Shown here: positions 1 through 13,477 of the stretch, in pieces
Position numbering within the stretch: the stretch's first letter is position 1
Layout of the letters: the number at the start of each line of letters is the position of its first letter
The notes under the pieces: generated by a model
What the model was told of the DNA's origin: nothing
What the model saw: only the letters and a program-made list of their open reading frames with translations
Database searches by the model: none
Assembly: GCA_021432655.1 (NCBI GenBank)
Contig: MU271280.1
Span: 70,473 to 108,656, forward strand
DNA: 38,184 nt
Origin: Atractiella rhizophila
Taxonomy: Eukaryota
Direction: 5' to 3'
Position numbers and translations under genes: made by a program

Positions 1-294
1 TCTGATCCACCCCTCGAGTCTCTCTCCGCCACGTGCCATGATCCCCGCTTCCCATCGCTCGCACCGGACCCGTTCAGCACCCATGCTCACGGACGCGGGG
101 ACTCCCTCTTCACCCTCGTAGACGCTCCACCTGGACCTGAGATCCCAGCCGGGCATGCTGTACCTAAGGAGCTATGGGCGGAACAGAGTTCTTGGAATGT
201 AGGTGACTTGGTGGGTCCCCAGGGCGATTGGGTGGTGCAGGCGGGATATGGCAGACCGGACTATGCCTGGTGGACAATCATCAGAGCAACAATA
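1..294 (+). repeat. Truncated duplicate of the 5' coding part of the forkhead gene (matches 647-940)
   Basis: Aligns base-for-base with 647-940 (offset 646) with 5 substitutions seen. It breaks off after ...AGAGCAACAATA, inside the first forkhead helix, and continues off the left edge of the window. Confidence 0.95.
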
Positions 295-568
295 GGGTTA
301 TCCATCTGGATATTCACGACAGCGAAACCACAATATCTCCTTGAGTGTGCGTCCAAGAAATTCGCGTCTAAGTCGTCACAATTTGCACTCCAAACACTGT
401 TTTCCCTATTTTCGACTAAGAAGGCGACTGCTGGCGTCTGATGGAGGGACAAGTGGTTCAGTTGCTGGAGGTCAACAATGTCGCGCTGAAGGCGACCCTT
501 GCACGTGATCCAAATAACGCCGGAACCTAGGCCAAAGTTCGCAAACGACCACAATCGATTGTTACAGA

Positions 569-2241
569 ATGTCACACGAGGACATCGCACATCCACCAGC
601 ATCTGACATCCAACATCCACTCCAAAGCGTCATCCAAGTATCCCCCTCCGATCCACCCCTCGAGTCTCTCTCCGCCACGTGCCATGATCCCCGCTTCCCC
701 TCGCTCGCACCGGACCCGTTCAGCACCCATGCTCACGGACGCGGGGACTCCCTCTTCACCCTCGTAGACGCTCCACCCGGACCTGAGATCCCAGCCGGGC
801 ATGCTGTACCTAAGGAGCTGTGGGCGGAACAGAGTTCTTGGAACGTAGGTGACTTGGTGGGTCCCCAGGGCGATTGGGTGGTGCAGGCGGGATATGGCAG
901 ACCGGACTATGCCTGGTGGACAATCATCAGAGCAACAATATTGGGCAATCCCGAGCAGAGAGTCATGCTCAATGATATCTGCGAGCAGATTGGGACGAGA
1001 TATCCGTATTTCAAGCACGATCCCGAAATCTGGAAGGTACGTCTGTTTGCAACTTGCTCTGAAACGACATTGACTTTTGATTCCCGTTGTGTGGAAAATG
1101 AATGAAGATTACGAAAGCTGCGATTCGTCACAACCTCTCGGTCAAATCCTGCTTCGTCTGGTCTCAACAAGCATCCACAAAGGGAGGATACTGGTCCATC
1201 GACATGTCCGTCGATCCTTCCGTCGGTCGAAAACGAAGTCGACCTCGAGACGGGAACGACGAATCCGAACCACCGACAAAGAGACCACCTGGGCGTCCTC
1301 GCCGAGTTCTCGCCCCAGGAGAGACGTCGAAGGAAGAGTTGGCAGCGGAAGCGAAGCGAGAGCGAGCACGGTTGAAGAGGCAGAGAGATAGAGAGGCGGA
1401 GAGACAGTTGAGGATTGAAGAGCGCGCTGGAGGTGGAGCAGGCGTTGATAGGATCATTGTGTCACATCCTGCGTCGGATGCTGAACTGCTTCAACAAATC
1501 GGCGCTGCTTTCAATGGCGCCGGGTCCCTTCCTCCCGCTCCTCCCATCCAATCCGCCTTCCCAACAACAAACGAAATCATTCGTCCCGCGCTCTCGTTTC
1601 CCGAAATGATAGCCATCGTCCTCACCTCATCTCCAGAAGGAAAAGCCTCAATCTCAACCATCTTCTCCACCATCCAAGAACGCTGGCCATTCTTCACGAC
1701 CGCTGCAGCACCTAAATCGTGGCGAAACACTTGCCGAAACGTCTTATCCACACATCGGTGCTTTCGTAAGATCCCTCGCGGCTCCAACGAAACTGGAAAA
1801 GGCGATTTTTGGTGTCTCATTCCAGGAACGGATACGAGCGCAAAGAAGGAGGTCGGCATAGGAAGTGACGGAAGGAAACTCGAGACCGCTGAGCAGATAC
1901 TACGTCGAATGGAACGCGATGACATCGACCATTCTCCACCTGACCACGAAAACAATTCCTCGCTTTCTCTTTCGGTCGGACTGGACAAGCAGTTAGAGGG
2001 CACCGGAGAGATGGAGCCTGGGATGGAAGCGAAACCAGATATCGCTGTGGGTCTGGAGGGGAGTGGGATGGATGGGATGAATGCGAGCGTGGAGCGTGTC
2101 ATCTCCGATGCCGTCGCTGGTACGTTGGATGGTTCCACGAGTCAAGAACAAGGAGACGAGGCGGCCCTCCTCCCGAATTTCAGCTGGACGAACGAACAGG
2201 GAGATATCGTAATCGATCCTGCCTTGACTCGTCCACTCTGA
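569..2241 (+). CDS. Transcription factor with two forkhead (winged-helix) domains and an AT-hook-like motif; one intron ~1037-1107
   Basis: FH1 is RPDYAWWTIIRATILGNPEQRVMLNDICEQIGTRYPYF..WK/AAIRHNLSVKSCF..KGGYWSID. FH2 is RPALSFPEMIAIVLTSSPEGKASISTIFSTIQERWPFF..SWRNTCRNVLSTHRCFRKIPR..GKGDFW. KRPPGRPRR lies between them. Donor GTACGT at 1037; the acceptor is uncertain. Confidence 0.88.
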
Positions 2242-2922
2242 TACCGACAATCAATCCCTAACGAACATTCGAAAGAAATCATCCTTGTATTCAACCACTG
2301 CTGTGTAACTCTCCTCGTACCCGTTTATTCAGCGACTGGACTAATACCACCCCTTTCCCGCGGTTTTGCCTCTCTTTGGTCTTCAATCTGTTTCATTTCT
2401 TAGCCCAATTGCTTTCGGACACCTTCGTCTTCTGCCCTTTTCCTCGTCTGAAATTACCAGAAACTTGTTACCTCTTTGATCGTTTCAGCTCCTCGGTTAC
2501 TTCTTCAGTTCAGATACAGGTCACAGATTCAATCCATGACACATGGCGCCAGGCTATGAAATTCGAATAAACGAAAAGCTATTGTCGCTCGCTCGCATGT
2601 CATCTCAACAGATCAACAGATCTGAGGGAACGATGAAGAGTGGTGTGTATTATCGTACGGGATGATCATTGCTCTATCGTGTCTTGAAAGGGTGAAAATG
2701 ATCAAAATGACTTTTGAATTGCAAGTGCAGAAAGAAAAGAGAATAGAATAAATGAAAAAGAAAAATCTAAAATCATCGATATGTATCAATCAGTCATCTC
2801 AAACGATGAATGGATGGTAATAACGAAAGTTCATCTTGTCCTCCCTCTTCGAAATCATAAACTGGGATCTTCTACTCTATCCTCCTCCTCCCCGTCCTCC
2901 TAGCCAATGCCAGCGGCTTCAA

Positions 2923-4416
2923 TTAAGCAGCCTTCTGGGCGGCGGGCTGGGCAGCTCCTGTCGTGGGCAGGCCAAAGAGGACCTTGACATAGTCGTAGAT
3001 CAACCATTGGAGACCGGTGAGGGTACCAATCATGATAATCCTCGTTCCAAGACCGGCCCAGAGCCCACCGAATCCAATCTGCTTGTAGATGGCTCCGACC
3101 GTCTTCGGGCCGTCAGTCGTCTTAGCGTTCAGTTTCTGTCACACCCCACCAACGATAAGAAACATGGAACGAGTTGCTAGCAATGGAAATGCGTACGGAG
3201 ACCATGACGTCGGCGGGGTGGGAGACGACGGCGCAGAAGACTCCGGCAATGTAACCACCAAGGAAGGAGATTTGGAGTTGCTCAAACTTGGAGTACTCCG
3301 ATTTTGGTTTTCCGAGGGTCTCGTAAATCTTGGCAACGGTAGCCTCGAAGGACCAGAACTTCCTATTATCACATTCCCGTTAGCACGTGGTACCTTGTTG
3401 TATCGACAGACGAATGTGACTAACATGATGGTATAGGGAATTTGACGTGCCCACAGCGAAGGCAGGGACTTGTAAAATCCTCCGACTCCTTCCTGAGCGG
3501 CAAATTTCGGCATTGCCTCAAAGATGTTCTTTGCAAACGGGGGAATAGTGGTTTGCATTCGGACCTTTACGGCTTCGAGGGGGACGAGACCAATGTCGGC
3601 TGTTCAACATCAAGAACGTTCGTGAGTTTAGAGTTTCTGAGCTGTGATGAGATGGGAAGACGAACCGATGAATTCTGCTGAAGCAGAACCGGCGACGTAG
3701 ATCAAATCCTTGTACTTGGCGGCGTTTTCAGGGCCAACCATGTCGGCGTAGGTCTTCCTTCACATCGCCAAAAACCTTTCAATTCTCGCTTCCTCCAAAT
3801 AAATGGGTAGATACGCACTTGAAGTATTCATAGAAACCGTATTTGGCGGCTCCTTGAATGGAGTAACCGACAAGAGTAGGACCAACTCCGGTGCTTCACT
3901 CCTTTGTCAATTTTGATTCTCCTAGTAAGAAAAAACATACTAGATACCCTTCAGACCTCCCTCATTGGCCCAAATCTTCTTCCATCCATCAACGTTGCCC
4001 TTGTAAATGTTTTTGTCGACCTACCACCAAAGACGCAACGTCACTCCACCTCCCCTCAAAGAAAAAAAAATTGGGCTGCATACCTGTCGCCGGCACTTGA
4101 CCAGATCAAGAGGGGTGACCAATGCGTGGGTAGTACCACAAGCGAAGATTCCACCCAGAGCGGAAGCGGCGTAAAACTTTCCGGAGTACAGAGGAATTTT
4201 TCCACTTCCTCCCGCCGCGGCGTTCTGGACTTTACCCTCGACTTTTGAGACGGTTCCCTTGGCCTCGTCGGCGAGTTTGCCAGCCTCGTTCTTGATCTCT
4301 TTTCCGTAGGTGGACTCCAACTCCTTCGCCTTCGACTTTGCGTCGTCCAAGACACCGAGGAAAGGACGGTAGGCGAAAGACTGGGCGGAAGATGGGAAGG
4401 GGAGTGCGAGAGGCAT
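2923..4416 (-). CDS. PIC2: Mitochondrial phosphate carrier (SLC25A3 / Pic2-Mir1 family), multi-exon
   Basis: [59 protein letters not shown] and [16 protein letters not shown] motifs. ATG at 4416, TAA at 2923-2925. Confidence 0.92.
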
Positions 4417-4738
4417 TTTGGGATTAAAATAAGGGAGTAAGGGGAGTGCTACTGGAGCTGTTGAGTGAGGTTGGTTGATTTTTTTGAACGTGGAGGAGGT
4501 CGTCACCAGCCGGCAGACCAGCCGGAATGTGCCGCCGCGGGCCTAACTCTTCCGGTGCAGGCTGTGCGTACGGGAAGAGCGTACGCGATGGCTGGCCAAA
4601 ACAACGATCGTGTCCTTGTTCCTCGTCCTCTGCTCTTCTTCAGCCCTTCTGAGAGTGCTTCACAGCAGCCTCTACCACTCTGAATAGAAGGACTGCTCAA
4701 CTCTTGGATACTGCAATCGTTTATTGCTCCGACAGGAC

Positions 4739-6057
4739 ATGTCGTTCTCTCAGACTCCTTCGAGCAATCGCAGGGCGGCACTCGGCGTCGTCACCTCTCT
4801 CTCTTCCCCAGGAACGCCACTGGCTACTGCTGGTATCGACTTATTCCTGCCCTCGTCCGGCATTGCGCGCGAACTTTTCCCGTCAACCTCCTCCGACCCT
4901 TCTTCAACGAGGTCTCCCACTGTTCGCGCTCGAGACGGAGAAGGTGGAGGTTCCCACGCGCTATCGAGTGGTGTTGGGCTCGGGCTACCTGTCGAACTTG
5001 TTGGAGCGTCTCCTGCTGAAGGAAGTGGAAGAGCACGCGTGGAGAAGGATCGTTTTGTTTGGCTGCCTTGCTCTCAAGTAGAGAATGGGTCTGGTGGACT
5101 TGCAGACTTGGGAGAGGAAGAGGTACTAAGGAAAAAGGGATTGAGGCTTATTACGGAGGCGGAAAAGTTGCGTGCTGCTCGCAAACAAGCCCAAGGTACG
5201 TCCTTCTGGATTTTCCAATGTCAAAGAGAGGTTGGCTGAGTTCTGTGTTGGTTGAGAAGCGCTTCGAGATATACTATGATCCAAAAGGCGACGAACCGCT
5301 CCCCGCCTCCACCTCTATGTCCATCACGCCTCCTCCATCCCCATCCTCTTCGTCAACACAAATGGAAGAAGAAGAAGAGCCAGCAACAGACGAGAACTCT
5401 CGTCCCCTTCTCCAACCCACCCCTCTCACCTTCGGGAGGAACACGTCTCGCGTGCCGCCTTTCCGTCTTCCCGGCGACGCAGACATTCCCTCATCCCACG
5501 CAAGCAGGAGCGGTTCGCGTTCGCCCTCCCGCCGTCTCCAACCCGCGTTCGAACCTGACGAACCACAACCACCACCATCTCCCACCGCTCAACGCTCCGT
5601 CCAACGCGTAACCTTTGCTCCGCATCCTCGTGAGACATCGAGGTCGACGCCGAATTCACATCCCTTCATGCCGAGCGTGCTGGATGGCAATTTCGAACAT
5701 GAAGTGGAAAGGCTGTTGGGGAGAGCAAGGGCTGGAAGTCCTGTTTCTCGTTCGCGACACACCAGTGGGGGTGGTACGACTCCTTTGATGAGACAGTTTG
5801 GAGACGTCAGGATATCTAGCCCAACTCCTTCTCCTTCTACCTCTTCGGCACTCAGAGTCAAAGGCCTGCAACGAGAGAAGACGAATGGTGGGCCGCTCAG
5901 CGTGAGGAGAACTAAAGGATTGGCTGACAATCTGTCAGATGGAGAAGCAGGCATTTTTGGTGTGGGAAGAACAGAGGAAACGATTCCAGTTGATGATGAG
6001 ATTGGGAGAGAAGCGAAAAGGAGGAGGAAGAATGTTGGAAGGTTGTTTGATTCTTGA
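4739..6057 (+). CDS. Hypothetical Ser/Pro-rich disordered protein with a C-terminal basic NLS-like motif (AKRRRK); intron ~5196-5256
   Basis: ATG 4739 frame joins the 5059..6057 frame through a GTACGT donor at 5196. No domain recognised. Confidence 0.6.
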
Positions 6058-6346
6058 TTTGATTTGACTCTTGTTTCAGGACTTCTTGACTTATCTTCAA
6101 TGTTTCTTGTTTCTTATTGGATTGTGATTGCTTGACAGTGTTCTCTTGTTCCATGCTAGTGTATTTTCTGTCTGTAAGCTGAAACTAAGTTAAATGTGAT
6201 GGATTGTGAGGGGAGATGATGATGCATGCAACAAAACACCTTGAGTACACGACATTGCAGCGGAACGATCAAAGCGAAGACAACGGACAAATTGAACACA
6301 TGAGTTGAAGTCAATGAAGAATGCCATCGGAGCAAAGCAAGACTGG

Positions 6347-7158
<812 letters not shown>

Positions 7159-7186
7159 TTGGATTTATAACGTAGCTCGTATGCTA

Positions 7187-7559
7187 CAATTTCGAACATG
7201 AAGTGGAAAGGTTGTTGGAGAGAGCAAGGGCTGGAAGTCCTGTTTCTCGTTCGCGACACACCAGCGGGGGCGGTGGTACGACACCTTTGATGAGACAGTT
7301 TGGAGACGTCAGGATATCTAGCCCAACTCCTTCTCCTTCTACCTCCTCGGCACTCAAATTCAAAGGACCGCCACGAGAGAAGACGAATGGTGGGCCGCTC
7401 AGCGTAAGGAAAACTAAAGGACTGGCTGAAGATCTCTCAGATGGAGAAGCGAGCATTTTTGGTGTGGGAAGAACAGAGGAAACGATTCCAGTCGATGATG
7501 AGATTGGGAGAGAAGCGAAAAGGAGGAGGAAGAATGTGGGAAGGTTGTTCGATTCTTGA
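7187..7559 (+). pseudogene. Duplicated 3' fragment of the 4739-6057 gene, lacking its 5' part
   Basis: ERLLERARAGSP...KRRRKNVGRLFDS* matches the C-terminus of the 5059..6057 ORF and starts at the duplication junction. Confidence 0.8.
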
Positions 7560-7848
7560 TTTGATTTGACTCTTGTTTCACGACTTCTTGACTTATCTTC
7601 AATGTTTCTTGTTTCTTATTGGATTGTGGTTGCTTGACAGTGTTCCCTTGTTCCATGCTAGTGTATTTTCTGTCTGTAAGCTGAAACTAAGTTAAATGTG
7701 ATGGATTGTGAGGGAAGATGATGATGCATGCAACAAAACACCTTGAGTACACGACATTGCAGCGGAACGATCAACGCGAAGACAACGGACAAATTGAACA
7801 CATGAGTTGAAGTCAATGAAGTATGCCATCGGAGCAAAGAACAAGTGG

Positions 7849-8662
<814 letters not shown>

Positions 8663-8950
8663 TTGGATTTATAACGTAGCTCGTATGCTGGTGGCAATTG
8701 AGGCTTGATTGTGAGTGTTTGAAAGCACGATCACCTGACAAAGAGACACGACATGACCTAAACTGGCAGCTTGAGAAGAGCTTCCATAGTGCTCAGACTG
8801 GCTGAGATGGTTGGTCGCAGCAGTTAAGGAAATGCAATTCTTAAGAGGGTGTGTTTGAGCTTCCAGTACTTGTGGGCCACATGTAAAGGACGAAATGAAT
8901 TACCATTATTTCTACATGTTCTTTCCATTGATACAATAGGGAAGAAGGAT

Positions 8951-10433
8951 TTATAGGTGCGCAATGCCGTAGTCAATGTAACCTTTAGCTCCGCCGCTAT
9001 AGTAATGCATGAGCGTCTTCAGGTGGATCAGGCTTGAAGTAGGGACTCACGTGTAGAATGTCTGTCTATCGTATTTAGACATCTCATGGATGTTTTTGAT
9101 ACGATTGACCAGGTCGGGCTATGACGTTCGATGTCAGCAGTGCTGTCTAAGCGAGAGTTAAAATCACTACATACATTACTTATGAAATACCTTCCCATTG
9201 CGATCAGAACCGTCTCTTTCCCTTCTGCCTCATGCAGCTCCTTTGCCGCATTATCTGGGAGATATCCGCCAGCGAGGATGATTGGCAGTGGAGCCCAAGT
9301 CGCCCGCAACTCACTGAGGGAAGCGAGTTGTTCTGGAGATGGATCGTCATCCTTCTCGATGCCGCCGTTGATGCGAGGGTTAATAAGATGGAGAAATGCT
9401 AGGTTTGGATACTTGAGCCTCAAGAATGAAATAATGTGAGGAAACGGAGAGTAGTCGCCCATTCCTTTCAGCTCACAAGTCAATTTGATTGTCATGTTAT
9501 TCACTGTGAAGATCACATACCACCATAATTGCTCCATGGGGCAAATCGAATCCCAGTGCGGTCTGCACCAACAGCGGAAACGACTGCTTCGACCACCTCC
9601 TTTATGAACCTGGTACGGTTTTCAATCGACCCGCCGTACTCGTCGGTGCGGTTGTTGGTGATGGACTGCATAAATTGGTCCATTAAGTATCCATTCGCAG
9701 CGTGAACTTCGACCTGCGATGTACCTAGTCAGATAACCTGATTTTTAACATACGAAGAGCAACACACGCCGTCAAAGCCGGCTTCCATAGCATTCAGAGC
9801 GGCTTGTCTGTACATTCCTACGTATCTCTTGATGTCGTCCTGTTTAGTTATTAGCGCAGGGATATGGCTGGCATTCGCGATACCTACTTTTGTTAAAGGA
9901 CGTGGTCTTTTCCCACCTTCGATGAGCGGAACATCGCCCGCACTAACATACTCGATTCCCTCTCTCTCGTACTGTTCGAGGTCTCCGAACCGCCCCAAAG
10001 CCCAAAGTTGACAGAACATAGCGCATCCATTCTGGTGCACCACATCTGTTATTGCCTTCCACCCTTTGATCTGATCCTTTGACCAAATTCCAGGAGCGCA
10101 AGCGTAGCCTCCGGCCTCCTGAGCAATTAGTGTCGCTTCTAACCCCCGAAAAGGATCGTGAGACCATATCAGGGCCACAGCTATAAAGAAGAGAACAAAC
10201 CGCTGATAAGCAAAGTCCCCGGATAAGCTGAACGTTGGGCATAGTATGTCAAGCCTAGATCCCCATGGACGTGTTGTTCATTCGCTCGGAAGCGCGTGAG
10301 AGGAGCCTGGCAGCACGTTATAGTGATATTCGTTGTGACCAGTACATCCACTCACCAGAACAATCCTGTGATCCACAGTTACTGCACCCACCGTAACCGG
10401 CTTGAATAGCACATCGGTATTGTAAATTCCCAT
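8951..10433 (-). CDS. Old Yellow Enzyme / NADH:flavin oxidoreductase (FMN TIM barrel), multi-exon
   Basis: [85 protein letters not shown], ending [10 protein letters not shown]. Confidence 0.93.
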
Positions 10434-11505
10434 TTTTCTGACTTTTGGCTTCGCTTCCAGCAAAATAAAAACAACCCATCTTTCTTATAAGAGCAATCCA
10501 TTCGTGCTCGTCGCGCTCCAAAGACAAGCAGTACAGGCTCGGGATGTTCCTCCGGCTGACGAAGCCTATGTGGTGCAAAAACTCATGGATTCCACAATGA
10601 TGGACTATTAAGACTGAAGACAAACACCGAACTTTAGGAAGGAACCTAGGGAGATTCCGCTCATGCAACTTCCCGCTGAATAACGATCCATCACCATAAT
10701 CCTCAGAACGGCCCGCCAGAGCAGCCTCGCGAGCGTCCGGGAAGGATGGCTGAGCAAGCCCGAAGCTCGCCTATTCTTTGTTGACATCCTCTGACCGCTT
10801 TTTGGACAAGAAAATGTAAAGGTAAACGGTGATTCTAGGATGCCGCGTATACAATCCCTTCCCGTCGATAGAAAAGTGCAATAGGAATAGTTCGAGCTCT
10901 TGCAAAGGGAGAATGTGCCGCACTGTGGAACAAAGCGGGTCATGCCTCACGCGCCGGCTTTCATGCCTCTGATGCAGCTATAGAGAGAAGCATTGCTGTT
11001 TACATGATAAGTGCATGCATGCCATTGTCGCCAAAACGACTCACACATGCCATTTTGATGATCAGTTGGACGTTATAGTATCCAGCGCATATGCAGGACT
11101 ACTCGGTATTAACGAACAACAAGGAAGAAGCTACTTAACGTTTGAAACTTCCTTGATTCCTAACACAGGTTGCTTACAATTCGAGCCATGCCTCCTTATC
11201 TCTCTTTGGCGGTAGGATATGGATATGGAATGGGTTAAGGTAAACGTGAGCATGCAGTCAGATGCTGACGGGAATGGTTGAGATTCCATGCATGCTGGAC
11301 ATTGGACTGTGTGCAAATGTGATGTCTGTCAAGGTGTGGTCAAGGTGACTTGGAAAATGCGGCCGCTGTGCTGGGAATGACAATCAACAATCAACGTTTA
11401 CTTCTAAACAAGTCTCTTTAGACCATTAGATATTTCTCAAGCCCTTTTAGAGCAGCGTAGCGCGCTCGAGGCCAGTTTCCGTTCTCGAAGCCATAAAAGG
11501 AAAAC

Positions 11506-13205
11506 ATGGGTATAACAACCCGCCCTCGTCCAGCACTTTTACAAGCTATCAAAAGCACCGTGTATCCCTATGGACGACCTACCGATTCACTCGACAGCTC
11601 CCTCCTCCGAAGCTTAACGCTCAATATCCCGGCACACCCGTGCGAGGCTTACGCCTTCATTTCCCCCAGCTCATCACGGCCGTGTGCCTCTGAAATCTCT
11701 CTCTCCCGCCTTTTACTAGGGCAGTATCGCTTCTCTCCTACAAATTCCATCAGTTGGCCTTTCGCTCGTGGAGCGGTATTGGACGAGCGGGCAGGGCTAG
11801 TTAAGTTTGAAGCAGAGGTTGGTGGAGGAGGAGGCGATTTCACCGATTTTACCGAGAGGTATTTCGCGAAAAGGGAAGAGGGAGATGGGAAGACTCTAAG
11901 AGAAGACTTACTAGAAGGAGTGAAGGAACTGACTGAAGATGTGACGGAAGGATTGGAGCTAAGAGGTTTGCTAGATTACCCTGTGAGAGCCTTGAGCAAT
12001 GGACAGCGGCGGAGAGCGCGAATCGCGAAGATGTTGCTCCAGAAGAAAGACTGGATCATCCTGGAAGATTGCTTTGGTGGGTCCTCCAGTCGTTACCTAC
12101 ATTGGTGCGTATAACAAGTATTGCAGCTGGCCTAGACCCTCCATCAAGAGAGCACCTTTCTTCGTTATTACAAAACCTCCACCGTCGCGGTTCTCCTTTT
12201 GTATCTCTCATACTACAGCCACACGAGCATATACCTAGCTTTATAACTCATGTCGGATTACTCTCTTCCTCCGGGGACGAAGGAAAAGGAACGGTTTTTT
12301 CCGTTGTGCCCTCCTCCGAATATCGCTCCAGGCAGTCCTCCAAATCAGCTTCTACATCTTCGTCTCGAACGGCAACTCTTCCGTCTCCTTCGGTGGAGAG
12401 CGAAATTCTAGTCCGAATGGAAAATGTCAACGTAATTTATGAGAACGAACGGCACGTGTTGAAGAATATAAACTGGTGCATTCGGCAGGGAGAAAAGTGG
12501 TCCTTGAAAGGTCACAATGGTATGATTATTCCAGATACTGTTTAAAAACCTTCTCTGACTCACTACCTACTCAGGCAGCGGCAAGACGACTCTGCTTGCT
12601 ATGCTCTCAGGTGATCATCCCAAGTCCTACCAAGAAAACATTACAATCTTCGGTCGACCCAGAGCTTCGCAAGCAACAGTCTATAGTGGGTATTTCCATC
12701 TAAGAAATAACCTCTGGAATTGACAATATTCGATGTTGTAGTCCAGCAAAATCTGGGGCACTTGAGTCCCGAACTTTCACGCTCCTTTCCTCGCCGCCTC
12801 TCGGTGCTGTCCACCCTATCTTCCGGCTTCCACAGCGTCTTCTCTCACCGCCCACTGACAGATTCGCAGAGGGAAACTGTTGACGAACTCCTCGACCAAT
12901 TTCCTACGCTTCCGTCTCTCAAACCATTGCTACAACAACCTCTCTCCTCTCTGTCAATCGCACAACAACAATTCACTCTCTTCCTCCGTGCCGTCATTTC
13001 CAAGCCGAAGCTTTTGATCCTGGATGAACCCTTCGCTGGAATGGACGGTCAGACGGTGGAAGTGCTAAAGCGGTGGCTTGATAGATACGAAGGGTCGGTC
13101 GTGCTTGTTAGCCACCGATGGGAGGAGGAATGGCCAGAGAAGTGGGAGCGAAAAACCCTTGAGCTAAAGCAGGGAGACGTGAGAACAAACGATTCTGTGC
13201 TATGA
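11506..13205 (+). CDS. Soluble two-NBD ABC ATPase without transmembrane domains (ModF / yeast YDR061W-like)
   Basis: NBD1 has LSNGQRRRARIAK..IILED. NBD2 has WSLKGHNG/SGKTTLL, LSIAQQ and LLILDEPFAGMD..VLVSH. No hydrophobic TM bundle is present. Confidence 0.85.
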
Positions 13206-13477
13206 GTAGGAAAAGGCCTCATGGGGCTAAATGCAATACAACTTGAATACTTTATCCATTGAGTATATGTCCATCACTCCTTTGCACTACAGGAACAAAT
13301 ATATCGTTATCTCGAGAATAATCGAATGAAGGTTCGAAGGGCAACACTGTAAGAGAAAACATTATGTGGAGGTAGCACAGGAGTCAATGGACTTTATGAG
13401 AAAGTACAGAAGCAACATTCAGAAGTAACAAAACACTACAAATAGCAAGAGAACTATGAAGAAACCTTTAGCAGCAG

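Noticed and set aside
293..300. TAGGGTTA at the duplication junction, telomere-like
   Set aside because: Barely more than one repeat unit, which is expected by chance.
572..2138. Long antisense ORFs (572..1018, 1491..2138; similarly 31895..32491 and 33405..33809)
   Set aside because: They are shadows of real sense-strand exons and contain no domain motifs.
4567..4587. Inverted repeat GCGTACG-GGAAGAG-CGTACGC in the divergent promoter
   Set aside because: A 7-bp stem built from a self-palindromic hexamer, with no other support.
10434..11505. 1 kb intergenic region with short ORFs, checked for a transposon or ncRNA
   Set aside because: No terminal repeats, transposase or RT motifs, or recognisable RNA structure were seen.
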